This document shows positions 26,746-39,320 of a stretch of DNA of 64,000 nt, piece after piece. Numbering within the stretch: position 1 is the stretch's first letter; every line of letters starts with the position of its first letter. Origin of the DNA: Chiloscyllium plagiosum (lineage: Eukaryota); NCBI RefSeq assembly GCF_004010195.1, contig NC_057711.1, positions 77,260,795 to 77,324,794 on the forward strand. The letters are read 5' to 3'. A program made the translations under genes and the position numbers. The notes beneath the pieces are model-generated. The model was given only the letters and a program-made list of their open reading frames with translations. It was not told where the DNA came from and did no database searches.

Positions 26746-27349
26746 CTTCAACAGATTATCATCCTAAAACCAAAATGAAACAAATCAAACACTGACAATC
26801 TGAAATGTAAAAAAACAGCACTTGCTTCAAAGTTGCAATTCAGTTTATAATATGTCAATGATTGGAAGGAAAGGATGATAATTGGGCACAATCCTGAAGT
26901 TACACAAAAATGTGTCTCCCTCCTACTTAGCATTCCCGTTCTCCATAGATTTTCATTCATGGCTCTTGACATATCTAATATGCCATAATATCACAAAAGA
27001 ACAAGGTGTAGAAGCAGGTCCTAAGAACAATGCACAGCCAGTATAGGGACTGAGACTGCTCCATCTGCATTATTAAAGGACCACAGAAATAGCCAACTGA
27101 CCTAATCAGATCCCAACGCAACTTCAGTATCAGAAAATATCTAGATCGATTATTCTTTTCATTGGCATAACATGACAATGATAAAAATGACCAAAGTTCC
27201 TATGATGACTTCAGTTAATACAATGTCATAATCCACAGGAAATAATCTGAAAAGAATTCTAATAAAAAGGCACTTGAAGTATTTTAAAAAGACAAAAAGT
27301 CAATTTATCTAATAATAATTTCAGCTAGCTTGAAATCCAATAAACACAT

Positions 27350-27465
27350 GGAGATAGTGACAACAGCAGCTGTTGGAAAGTCAGAGTTGATAAAATGTGG
27401 AGCTAGAAAAAGCACAGCAGGCTAAGCAGCAGAGGAGCAGGAGAGTCAATGTTTCCGGCAGGACT
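27350..27465 (-). mobile_element. Penelope-like terminal repeat fragment
   Basis: gaaaaagcacagcaggctaagcagcagaggagcaggagagtcaatgtttc is antisense to 55620-55740. Confidence 0.7.
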
Positions 27466-28769
27466 CATAATCCAATTATCACAGTATACTCTTTTCTACC
27501 TTGGAATTATTCCAAGGTTAGGCAAATGTGCTGATTTTTTCATTTTGTATTTCAATACTAAACATTGCAATTTACTTTGATAGAATAATACAGCACAAAA
27601 GGAGGCCATTCACCCACTCAGTACATCGGAAAGAGTTACCCAATCAATCCTGTACACCTGCAAGGTTTTGTTTAAAAAATCAAGTAACAAATAGTTACTG
27701 GATTTTCACCTATATTCATTAGTTCCTAAAACTGTGCACAATTTCAGTGGTCGAGAAACAAAGAAAGAAAGACTCAAGGTCGATCCTAAACTTCCTCTTG
27801 GGCAACATCTTTATAATTCAAAGAAGTTGTGAGCACCAATTAAAAGCTTAATTGCAACTTAACTATTGTGGCCTCACCAATTTTAATTTCAGGGTCCTTT
27901 AAGCCTTATTTTGAGTATTGTCCAGCAGTTCCATTAATAACTGCAAGTTATTCGACTCCACAAAATACTTGTCAAAGCTTGCAAATGTAGACATCCAAGT
28001 TTGAAAAGAATGTAATTTCAGTCTTGGAATTAGGCTCGTTGACATTTCAGAAAACTCAGTAAAGCTCAAATTTAAGGGAACTGGCAAACTAATCACAAAT
28101 ACTATAAAGGGAAAGCATTTTACACAGTGAGTGATTAGGTTAGTGGATACATACTGAAGAGTAGAAATTACAGGGATGTGGGAAAGAACAAGCTGATTGA
28201 ATTAATTAGTTTACTCTTAAAAAGTCATCATAGTGTGTGCCAAAAGGTTTCCTTCTGTGATTACTATTTTGATTGAAATATCATCCAATAATAGGATCTA
28301 ACTTAGCATGCACAAGTTTACTTAAAAGTTGTCTAAACTGTAAAACATAGGATTTGAAACTTTTCATGTTTCTGAGGAATCCAGTTTGTTGCACAATTTG
28401 CTTAGGCATGAAACTACATTGAAGTTGGACTTAATTCACTCCTATTTCATACAGAACATTGTCACTGTCAATATTTACTGCAAACATTGACTTTTATTTA
28501 TTATTATTACATGGCAACCACCTGCTGAGGTTCAAAGCGAATCCAGACAAAAAGTCTTCAATCCACTCATTATTCCAGGGTAAGAGTCAAGAAAAACATT
28601 ATTAGCATGAGGATTTAATCCAAAAACAATGGTCTTTTATTTCTGTTATCAAAAACCAACAGGATTAACAATAAGAATCCAGATTCACCATTACCTTTCA
28701 ACAGAAACATCTAGATACACTTTCACTGTACAAATATCTACATTGGTGAGAAAACAATTTACTTAGAAC

Positions 28770-28935
28770 TAACACAATATTTAAAAGGCATCTGAATGGG
28801 TATATGAATAGGAAAGGTTGAGAGGGATATATGCCAAATGCTGGCAAATGGAGCTAGTTTAATTTAGGATATCTGATTGGGATGAACAAGTTGAACTGAA
28901 GGGTCTGTTTCTGTGCTGTTCATTTCTATGATTCG
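28770..28935 (+). mobile_element. CR1 3' end fragment
   Basis: tttaaaaggcatctgaatggg..gggtctgtttctgtgctg..tctatgattc. Confidence 0.85.
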
Positions 28936-29123
28936 ATTATACTGCATGGAGAGCATGTCAGAAGTATTTTAAGTTGCATATGTATAAGTCCATAAGATTC
29001 AAAAGAATAGTTTAAGCAGTAAAACATGGAAATTGAAACTTTTTCTACACTTACGAGTTATAAAATTCATAAAATACTGATGGATTTAATATTAATTGTA
29101 GCTTTCCTCCTAAAATCGAATAA

Positions 29124-29492
29124 GGGAGGTAATGACCTTGTGGTATTATTACTGGATTGTGAATCCAAGGACCCAGGTAACATTCTAAGAATTCATGGTC
29201 AGATTTCCACCACAGCAGACGATTTTTATAGACATTTTCATCTGTCACTAAAAATCTGGAATTAAGAGTCTAATGAATAAACTGTGAATCTAATGAAACA
29301 TTAATACACTATTAATTGTTGGAAAAACGCCCATCAGGGAAGAAAGCTGCCATACTTACCTGGTATGGCATACATGTGACTCCAGGCCCACAGCAATATA
29401 GTTTATTCTCAACTGCCCTCTGGGCAATTAAGGATGGGCAATAAATGCTTGTCTCGCCAGTGACGCCATCACCCATGAATGAGTTTAAAAAG
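29124..29492 (+). mobile_element. Complete tRNA-headed SINE made of the 5' head/UTR and 3' tail of family B LINE
   Basis: The first ~300 bp match the reverse complement of 51102-50815; the last ~70 bp (ggatgggcaataaatgc..cccatgaatga) match the reverse complement of 45745-45685. Confidence 0.85.
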
Positions 29493-30387
29493 TAATCTAA
29501 CATCATAAAATAAACAAAAACCTGAATATAATTCTGTGAATATGTCTGTCACCTCCTAAAAGAAAGACTGTCTAAAAAAAATACAAGCACCAACAATAAA
29601 GTCATCAAAATAACTATTCTGCAATAAAAAAAAGCATTCCTTCAACTGAAAATATGGTTGGAGGTACATACAGAAATAGTAACAGAGTGCTTCCCATCTT
29701 CAGTGCAAAACCTGTATGTCAGACAAAAAAACTGGAAAACATTATGGGGTGTAGCAGTAGCGTAGACTTTCCCTTCATGCCAAAGTTATAGGTTACTGAG
29801 ATTCACTTGCTACCAATGCCTATTAAAAGGAGTCCTGTACACAAACCTAGCTCTCAGCAAGAATAACATTTTCATCTGTCTCATCCTTCCCAATGTATAT
29901 CCTTATGTTAAAGAAAAACTTAGCTTTCTTAATCCTCAACATCTAACCTGACAACATGTATTTGACTCTCACAGCTTCACTGCTTCTACCTTAACTATAC
30001 CACAACCTAAGAAAGTGGATAATTTAGCTAAATCCAATCAAACCCTGATAAATAAAAGGGGAGAATATTCCAGAAATGGGCCACATGATAGTTTCCTTTA
30101 TAAAGTTTTTTTAATGTCAGTGAGGTCGAACATAGGTGTTGGTTTGTATACAAACAACAAAGTGGCCAGTAATTGGTGGTTGCTGCCTGTCGGAAGCACA
30201 AAGGACTTGACTGACTTTTGCCTGTATTGTTAAAGAAATCATAACTCAGCCCAACGCGCCCAGTCTTCAGCAAAGGACTTGCTGAGTGAGCAATATTTTG
30301 GAGACCTCGGTGGGATAACCAATGTAAATATGATGGGTACTTTTTAGCCACTGTTGAAAATCTCTGACAATCTGAGGGCATTCTTAC

Positions 30388-30423
30388 CAGAATGGATTTG
30401 GTATATTGCAGAAACTCTTCCAT
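30388..30423 (-). CDS. PRUNE2: First coding exon of PRUNE2 (prune homolog 2 / BMCC1), 36 nt, MEEFLQYTKSIL
   Basis: The minus strand reads gcagagATGGAAGAGTTTCTGCAATATACCAAATCCATTCTG|GTAAGA: strong Kozak context, 12 codons, phase-0 GT donor. It matches the recalled human PRUNE2 N-terminus MEEFLQRAKSKL (8/12 identical) and its 36-nt first coding exon, and lies beside the clearest non-repeat CpG-rich patch. No downstream exons were found in the window. Confidence 0.85.
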
Positions 30424-30770
30424 CTCTGCCCGTGTGTTTGATAGTGGCGTAGACTCTGCATTCGACAGAAAGTTGAGTCTAATTTCAGCCGGATTTCGCT
30501 TCGCTCCGATGCTCTCACGTCGAAACAACACCGCCCAGTGTAACAGGGAGCAGACTCACAGCACCACCCGGTGTGATAGGGAGCAGAGACTCACAGCACC
30601 GCCCCAGTATCACAGTCAACACATCCTTACAGCAGCACCGAGCGCTGCGCTGGCTACACCCAATGAGAACACTGTGTCCAGCTCGCTGACATCACCTCCG
30701 AGTTGCTGCAATTGGCAGGAGTTCAGAGAGTTGCTGCGTGAGGTTTATCTGCAATAGAGCAAGTAAGTGG
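30424..30770. promoter_or_regulatory. CpG-rich 5' UTR and promoter of PRUNE2 with CCAAT boxes and a CRE-like site
   Basis: Local CpG excess in an otherwise CpG-depleted window; CCAAT at 30660-30664, ATTGG at 30711-30715, TGACATCA at 30687-30694; immediately upstream of the PRUNE2 ATG. Confidence 0.65.
30529..30615. repeat. Imperfect tandem repeat of a 33-35 bp unit (about 2.5 copies) in the presumed PRUNE2 5' UTR
   Basis: caccgcccagtgtaacagggagcagactcacag / caccacccggtgtgatagggagcagagactcacag / caccgccccagtatcacag. Confidence 0.8.
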
Positions 30771-31154
30771 GGAGGACCTAACATTATCCAGAAACGTCCC
30801 CCTGCTGCTGTGGATCCATTGCTTACCTCTGAATCATCGCACAAAGAGGCACTGCGTTCATGGTAAACGTAGTCACCAAACTTCTGGGTCATTTTTGCTC
30901 GGAAGGAAATAAGTTGGGAAGAGCGAGAGTCGTTATTGGTTTATGTATATAAAGTAGCAACTTCTGATGTTTATAACAAATGTTTTGGTTGTTAAGAGTT
31001 TGTTTCTTGATTTTTGAGACATTTGGGTTTGCATGTCTGCACAGTTAATAATCAACATAACACTGACACTGGAGCCCCATCTATTCAATTTCCCACCCAT
31101 CCCAACTCTGAGCCAAGACCCTCTACCACCCTAGCACATCTGCCTTTCTGACTG

Positions 31155-31235
31155 GGTTGAAAAGCGTGGCGGTGGAAAAGCACAGCAAATCACGCAGCAT
31201 CCGAGGAGCTGATTGATAACACCATCGATGTCCCA
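31155..31235 (-). mobile_element. Penelope-like terminal fragment upstream of the promoter
   Basis: ggaaaagcacagcaaatcacgcagcatccgaggagc. Confidence 0.6.
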
Positions 31236-31829
31236 GACTTCCGTAGGCAATTGCTCTTCTGGAGCGTCTATGCTCAAGGTGATCCAATGCTTTATCAATG
31301 CTTCCTGGATACATTTTGATGCCACGTGCTATCCTTAAAATTGTATTAACTGCATAGCATATGTTACTTTTAATAAATGTAAACACTTTGGCTGTATAAG
31401 CTGCTCCTTTATCGCATATCAACTGTTGTGTTAATTATAAAAGTAGACGATAGGTTCCAGTTAAAGCTGAAAATACTTTATTTTTAAAGTTTTGTGAACT
31501 TGAAATAAAATTTGAAACATAAAGTGGAAAAGATCAACTTGAACTTCTTCCATGATGTTAGCTGCACACATTTTTTCACACATTATTATGAGGACTATTT
31601 TGAACTAATACTAGCTCGATTTGAAACCAGCAGTCTTTGGTTCCAGTGCTCAGAGTAAAATTGTAGAGCACAGCAGAAAAGGTATTGATTGTGTCGTGAT
31701 ATTACTGCCTAACTCTTCAGCTGAGCTGAAACAATAGTGGTACTGCAGCATGGATATATAATTAATTTCTTAACCTAGATAGGAGAAAATGTTTACATTT
31801 ACTTCTGCAATTTACCTAATATATTGGCA

Positions 31830-32310
31830 ACAGTACAGAAGAAGCATATTTAGCCCATAGTGTCTATGCTGGTCTTCTGAAGGCACAATCCACCTAGAAT
31901 CACTCCCTTATCTTTTCCCCATTCTTTTATTTTTCAGACCATGAATCAATTCCCTCTTAAATGCTTCAGTGGACAGGATTTCAACCATACTTTCAGGCAG
32001 AGCATTCCAAACTCTAACCACTTGCTGTGTCAAAAAAAAAATTGTTCATGTTTCTTCCTTTGCCAATTAACATAAAACAGTGCCATCTGCTTTCAGATCT
32101 CTTATTCTTCTCCAAGGAGAAAAGTCCCCAATCACTGTAATCTTTATTTGTAACTGAAGTTCCCTGGAAACGTTCTAGTAAATCTTTTACTGCTCCCTTT
32201 CTAATGCCTTCACATCCTGAATGCAACTGGATGCAACCTGGATTCCATTGATGCTGAACCCGTGTTTTATATTAGTTTAACATAACATCCTTGCTTGGAT
32301 ATTCTGTGCT
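31830..32310 (-). mobile_element. Old CR1 3' portion
   Basis: tttcaggcagagcattccaaactctaaccac; ttctccaaggagaaaagtccc. Confidence 0.65.
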
Positions 32311-32956
32311 CCTTTAGTTGTGAAATGTGCAATGGGGTCATACAGCTTTTTATAACTTGTATATAGTGGTATTTAAAAATGCTTAACTCTCTGAAGTGTC
32401 AATTGTTGCAGCTCCAATATACATGTACATTTTTTTTAATTACAAATCATTTACTTATTACTTCCTTGTTTCAATCATCTTGATCAGCATGATGAAACAT
32501 CTTAAAGATTCACATGATTGTATTGTGCATTGAGATACTTTCACCTATAAAACTCGGCCTGAATATTGTCCCAAGTAATCAAAAGGAAGTCTCCTTCTCA
32601 CAGCTACTATAATTCCATTGTCATGTGGACAAGAATCAATAGAATACAACTGCCCATAATCTGACACCATTTGGCCTGGGGATACTATGATGAAGGATGA
32701 TAGATATGAAAAGTACACAAGCAAAACAAATTCCATTCCAATCTCTATCAAAATTGCAATTAGAAAAAATAAATGGCGTGTAACATATAATTATGCAATA
32801 ATAAGTGATCCAGAAGAAAATAAAATTGCTTTGAGATTTTAGAATTTTGTTCTTATTTGTAGCAGCAACCATTGTGCATTAGTTTAAATTACTTTAAAAA
32901 CATCCTTCAGCTGTATGTGTCTTTTCACACTCCCTTAGTTATCCTTATTTTATTTT

Positions 32957-33254
32957 GATTACTTACAGTGTGGAAACAGGCCCTTTGGCCCAACAAGTCC
33001 ACACCGACGCGCAACCCACCCATAACCCTACATTTACCCCTTTTACCTAACACTACAGGCAATTTAGCATAGCCAATTCACCTAACCTGCACATCTTTGG
33101 ACTGTGGGAGGAAACCAGAGCACCCGGAGGAAACCCAAGCAGACACGGGGAGAATGTGCAAACTCCACACAGTCAGTCGTCTGAGTTGGGAATTGAACCC
33201 GGGTCTCTGGCGCTGTGAGGCAGCAGTGCTAACCACTGTGCCACCGTGCCACCC
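32957..33254 (-). mobile_element. HE1-type V-SINE, young and full length
   Basis: Complete head, V-domain and tail. Confidence 0.95.
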
Positions 33255-33999
33255 ACGGTTTCAGGTATAGACACATATTAGGTTGTTACTTTGATGTTCA
33301 GAGCAAAAAGACAATTTTCTTAAGCAGATCAAGTCCCTTATGAGCTGCAACCTGCATTCTTACAGATGCTACAGTGCAATAGCTTGTCATGGGTTTTAAT
33401 AACTATTGTCAGGCATTGACAATCAAATGGATTATACAACATATTGTCCCATCTTATCCAAAGTGCTATAGGCATATTCCCATCAGACTCAGGGTAAAAC
33501 TAAAAGTCATTTTTATTGATGAGTTGAGAACCAGATGACAAAGTAAAATATGTAAGTGCTTATTTTCCATATTCATGAAAATAATAGAAAGCTTTTCCAG
33601 GCCAATGCACATATCAGGAATTGGAAGGAAATCCAATGAGTACAGTATGTACTTGGAAAATTGGATCCATAAGATCTACGGGAAAATAAAAGAAAAGGGT
33701 TATCATTATCTTTTTGGAATACTTGTCCTGGATTTCTTGATAAAGGGCATCATCTCTGAATGAAACAATGATTCATAAACTGTCAAACTGAAACTCAGTG
33801 GGTTCAGATCTCCCATGGTAATCAAATAGGTGATCTGTACAGTGAGTTATATCATGGAAGTACAATTATATTATGGCTAAGTCTTTACAATAATTCTTCA
33901 GACTCTGAAAGCTGTAATTGCAATGTCAAAATTTTATTGCCTTCATATAAATGTCTGGTAATTTTTTTCTGTTTTTGATACCTGACAGTAATTAAAACT

Positions 34000-36050
34000 A
34001 GGACTTTGGAAAACACTGCTGATTGAAAGCAGATTTAGAAAATGAGAGTTTGGTGAATGGAGAGTTTGATGAGTTTATGTATGGGTAGGGGGGGTGGAGA
34101 ATAGGTTGTTCTTGTTTCTACATTTTTAACTATTTTCACCCTCAGGTTTCTGCTTCTTATTTCTGCTTGGCAGAAGGAGATAGTTGGTGAGTAATGAGCA
34201 AGCTATTCGACTTGTAATAGACAGTCTGTAAAGTTACATTATGGCTGGGCAGCTCAACTGCATATAATGGCCAACATGTACCATGTGGGAAATCATGGAT
34301 GTACAGTCACATGTACTGGATAAACATATCTACAGGAAATGTCATTGCACAAGCTTAAGCTCCTTCATTCAGAATCTCAAAAGTGGTGGTTGGAGTCACT
34401 CTGGTTCATTTGCAGGGCAGTGGGAACCATGTGAATGTTTAGCATGTTTAGAAACATGATCAAATGCAATTCAGGTGAATGCAAGTAGAAAGGGATTGGG
34501 TGGCCACCAGGCAGTCTAGGAGAATTGGACTGTAAGCGCAGCAGTCCCCTACAAAGATCTTATTTGCTAATTGGTTTTCCATTTTGGATATTGGTGAGGG
34601 CAATGGTTCCAAAGTGGTGTGCAGTCAAAGCAAAACCTAGTGCACCACAGCTGCACATGAGGGGAGGAAGAAGAGTGGTAGAATATTCATTATGTGGGGG
34701 AAAGACAACCAGTACTTCAATCATAAATATGTCTCCAGGATGGTATGTTGCCTCCCAGCTGATAATGTCAGTGATATCATGGAGAGGCTGCAGGACACTC
34801 TTCTGGGGAAGGTTGAACAGTCAGAGATCATTGTCCACATTGTGACCATTGACTAAGATAGTAATGAGGATGAGATTTTAGGGAGCTAGGAAAGAGATTT
34901 GAAAGTAGGACTTCAAAAGCAGTAATCACAGGATTACACACAATCCCCCGCGCCAGTGAGTACCAGAATAGGAGGACTGAATGATTGAATATGTGGATGA
35001 ACAGTTGTAGAAGAGAAGGTTTGAGATTCCTAAGGCATAGGTTCTTGGGGCAGGTGTTCAATGTACAAGTTAGCCTGGTTGCATTTTAGCAATATTTACA
35101 AATTGTAAGGGACTTAAAATATTAACTCTGTTTCTCTCTCCATAGATGCTGTCATATCTGCTGAGTTTGTCTAGCAGTTCCTGTTTTTATTTGCATCTGA
35201 GCAGTTTCAGGGTTAATATCCTCATCGGAACATTTGTGACTGCTGTTGGGGAGGTTTTAAGAGAGATTTACACATGGTTAGGAACCTGAGAGCATGCTCA
35301 GACTGGAAAGAAACAAAACTGGCAACTGGAAGTAGAAAAGCAGAAAGTGAAATTGGAAGACAGTCAAAGGAAAAGATGAAATAGAATCAGAATGCAGAAT
35401 AATTTTAATATGGAAGAGGTAAAGGCACTCTATCTGATTGCATGCAGCATTCACAACAAGATTTATGATTTGAATGCACAAAGTGAGGTAAGTGGATAGG
35501 ATGTAATTATACTACAGAGACATGTCTGGCTGGGTGACCAAGATTGAGAACTGGATATTCAAGAATATTCATTATTTTGTAAGGATTGGGAAAGTGCAAA
35601 ATGAGGAGGTATAGCACTCTTGATAAGGAATGACATTAGTGCATTCGTGAGAGATTATCTCAGATATAAGGATCAATGTTGTAAATGTAGTTAAGAAAAG
35701 TTGAGGGTTGATTATAGGCCACCAAACAATAGTAGTAATGCCAGGCATGGTATAAATCAGGAAATTAGAGACACATGAAATGTGAATAAGACAGGAATAA
35801 AGAGCTACTTTAATTTATATATGGACTGGACTAACACAACCACTAATGCCATGGAGGATGAAACCCTACAGGGTATAAGAGAAAGGTTCTGGAGCAGGCA
35901 ATTGAAAACTATAGACTATTGAAGAACCAACTAAGGATTGGCATATTTTCTATTTACTGTTATGAAATGAGAAAAACTAATTAATAATCTTGCTGTAAAG
36001 GATCTTTCAGGAAATTGTGATAGTGATTCAATAGAATTTCACATTAGTTT
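34000..36050 (+). mobile_element. Old CR1 5' part (ORF1 and endonuclease), with Penelope terminal pieces at about 35115-35235
   Basis: ORF1 start MAGQL..TCTMWE at 34241, gtaatcacaggatta (VITGL), actacagagacatg (TTETW-like), tataggccaccaaac (YRPPN). Confidence 0.7.
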
Positions 36051-37496
36051 TTAATTTACATTTTGAATTCTTTCTGATTTCCAAAACTCTGTCAGTAGTA
36101 GATAACATATTGGAACCATTAGCTATTTTATTGTTTAGTTTTGGAAGGACAATGGAGCTAGACATGAAATGTATAAATTAACCATGTTTCATTAGCTTAC
36201 CTGACCTACAAAGGAGAGAGAAAGCAACATTGACTGAATATAGCAAGGTCATCTCTCTCCTTCAATGTCAGCAACCATCATCATATGAAAGAAAACTTAG
36301 AGAAACCTTGGAATTAGTGCATTTTCATTTTTGATCTTCTTAAATTTTGAAGTGAAAGGGGACATGAGATAGTTTTGGTAAATAGGGTTAAGGAGGATTC
36401 AAAGGGATTCTACAAATACATTAAGGACAAAAGGGTAACTAGGGAGAGAATAGGGCCCCTCAACAATCAGCAAGGTAGTCTATATGTGGAACCACAGGAG
36501 ATGGGGGTTATACTAAACGAGGATTTTGCAACAGTGTTTACTGTGGACAAGGACATGGAAGATATAGAATGTGGGGAAATAGATGGTGACATCTTGAAAA
36601 GTGTCCATATTACAGAGGAGGAAGTGCTGGATGTCTAAATATGCATAAAGGTGGATAAATCCCCAGACCTGATCAGGTGTACCCTAGGACTCTGTGGAAA
36701 TCTAGGGAAGTGATTGCTGGGCCCCTTGCTGAGATATTTGTATCATCAATAGTCACAAGTGAGGTGCTGGAAGATTAGAGGTTAGCTAATGTGGTGACAC
36801 TATTTAAGAAAGGTGGTAAGGACAAGCCAGGGAATTATAAACCGGTGTGCCTGACATCAGTGGTGAGAAAGTTGTTGGAGGGAATCCTGAGGGACCGGAT
36901 TTATATGCATTTGGAAAGGTAAGGACTAATTAGGGATAGTCCACACATGGCTTTGTGCATGGGCAATCATATCTCACAAACATGATTGAGTTTTTTGAAG
37001 AAGTAACAAAGAGGATTGATGAGGGCAGAGCGGTGGACTTGATCTATGTGGACTTCAGTAAGGCATTCGACAGGGTTCCTCATGGTAAACTGGTTAGCAA
37101 GGTTAGGTCAATTGAAGTACAGGGAGAACTAGCCACTTTAATACAGAACTGGCTCAAAGGTAGAAGGCAGAGGGTAGTGGTGGAGGAGGGTTGCCTTTCA
37201 AACTGGACTCTGGTGACCAGTTGTGTGCCACAAGGATCAGTGTTGTGTCCAATGCTGTTCATCATTTATATAAATGATTTGGATGTGAACATAGGAGGAG
37301 TATTTAATAAGTTTGCAGATGACACCAAAATTGGAGGAGTAGTGGAGAGCAAAGAAGGTCACCTCAGAGTACAACGGGATCTTGAGCAGATGAGCCAAAG
37401 GGCCGAGGAGTGGTAGATGGAGTTTAATTTAGATAAATGTGAGGTGCTGCATTTTGGAAAGGCAAATTAAGGCAGGATTTAAACACTTAGTAGCAA

Positions 37497-37732
37497 GTTT
37501 TGAGAAGATTTGTAGCTCAGGTTGAGGTTCTGGATGTAGGTTTGCTTGCTGAGCTGGGAGATTCATTTCCAGACGTTTTGTCACCCTACTAGGTAACATC
37601 GTCAGTGGGCCTCAGATGAAGCAGTGTACATGATTCTTGCTTTCTATTTATATGTTTGGGTTTCTTTGGGTTGGTGATGTCATTTCCTGTGGTGATGTCA
37701 TTTCCTGTTCTTTTTCTCAGGGGATGGTAGAT
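37497..37732 (-). mobile_element. Penelope-like element terminus (second family), runs into a gap
   Basis: gagaagatttgtagctc terminus shared with 39325; hammerhead core at 37570-37605; 18-bp tandem duplication at 37672-37707. Confidence 0.8.
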
Positions 37733-37767
37733 NNNNNNNNNNNNNNNNNNNNNNNNNNNNNNNNNNN
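37733..37767. other. Assembly gap
   Basis: N run. Confidence 1.
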
Positions 37768-38349
37768 CAAAAAGGATTTACAAGGATGTTGCCAGAGTTG
37801 GATGGTTTAAGCTATAGGGAGAGGCTGAATAGGCTGGGACTATTTTCCCTGGAGCATTGGAGGCTGAGGGGTGACATTATAGAGGTTTATAAAATCATGA
37901 GGGGCATGGATACAGTAAATAGACATGGTCTTTTCCCTGGGGTGAGGGTGGAGGTGGGGGTCCAGAACTTGACGGCATAGGTTTAGGGTGAGAGGGGGAA
38001 AATTTAAAAGGGACCTCAGGGGCACCTTTTTCACGCAGATGGTGGTACGTGTATGGAATGAATTGCCAGAGGAAGTGGTGGAGGCTGGTACAATTATAAC
38101 ATTTAAAAGGCATCTGGATGGGTACATGAACAGGAAGGGGTAAGAGTGATATGGGCCAAGTGCTGGCAAATGGGACTAGATTACTTTAGGATACCTGGTT
38201 TGTATGGACGAATTGGACCGAAGGGTCTCTTGCTGTGCTGTACATCTCTATGACTCTAAGTGTGATTGTTATGTACAAAAGAGAAAAACATTTTGTAAAA
38301 TTATTGCAACTAACCAAGAGGAGAGCTGTGACGTCTTCTCACCTGGGAT

Positions 38350-39200
38350 GAAACATAATATTAACGGTTTGGATAACGGGACCAAATGTATGCTGACAAA
38401 AAGGTTGGAAAGTAAGTTATGAAGAGGACTTCGGAGTCAGCAAGGAGATACAGATAGGTTAAGTTAGTGAGCAAAAATTTGGCAGGTGGATTATAATATG
38501 GGAAAATGTGAACTTATCCACTTCGCAGGAAGAATAAAATAGGATCGTGTTATTTATATAGGAAGTAATTGCATCACTCTGAGATGCTTTGGTCCAAGAA
38601 AAGGAAAATGTTAACATACCAGTAGGAGCAAGTGATTAGGAAGGCAAATGGAATGTTGTCAATTATTGCAAGGGGAATGGAATGGTTAAGTCAAGATACT
38701 TATCTACCATTGCATAGAGTACTGGTAAAACTGTGTCTAGAGTATAGTATTCAATTCCAATCTTATTATTTAAGAAAGAACTTAATGGCATCGGAAACCA
38801 TTCAGAGAAGTTTCAGTTGACTGATTTCTGGAATGAGTGAATTAACCTTTGAAGAAATGTTGGACAGATTATGCCAGTAGTCATTGGAATTTTCAAGAAT
38901 GTGAGGTGAGCTTACTGAAACATATAAGTTCCTCAAGGGACATGCTGAAAGGTTGTACTCCCTTGTGGGAGAAACTAGAACTAAGGGCCAAAGTTTAAAA
39001 ATAAGGATCTCCCATTAACGACAGAGATGTAGAGACTGTCCTTTCCTCTCAGCGGAACACAAATCTATGGATTTTTCCTGGATAGTGGTTGACGCAGAGT
39101 CATTGAATACTTTAATGGCAGAGATCAATAGGTTCTTGACTGAGAAGGGAGCCAAAGGATATAAGGAGAAAGCAGGGGTTAAGTCCACAAGACAGCCACA
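38350..39200 (+). mobile_element. Old CR1 RT C-terminus and 3' end
   Basis: IRKANGMLSIIARG..LVKLCLEYSIQF. Confidence 0.8.
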
Positions 39201-39320
39201 ATTTTATTAAATTGTTACAGCAGGATAGAGGTTTGCCTTCTCTTGCTCATATTTGTATATAAATAAGTTTGTATGGGTGTCAGTTCCTTTGTCTACTAAT
39301 GTTCTGTCCTTTATATCCTT

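Larger units (their letters stand above)
36355..38260 (+). mobile_element. 5'-truncated CR1 (RT and 3' end) with a Penelope insertion and an N-gap
   Basis: DFSKAFDRVPH, VPQGSVL, FADDTKI; tail tctctatgactcta. Confidence 0.95.

Noticed and set aside
30028..30531. 167-aa minus-strand ORF as a single-exon gene
   Set aside because: Only the 12 codons from the real ATG to the GT donor resemble a known protein. The rest is UTR and intron read-through.
30392..30757. 121-aa plus-strand ORF over the promoter
   Set aside because: It is the antisense frame of GC-rich, repeat-containing UTR and promoter sequence, with no recognisable domain.
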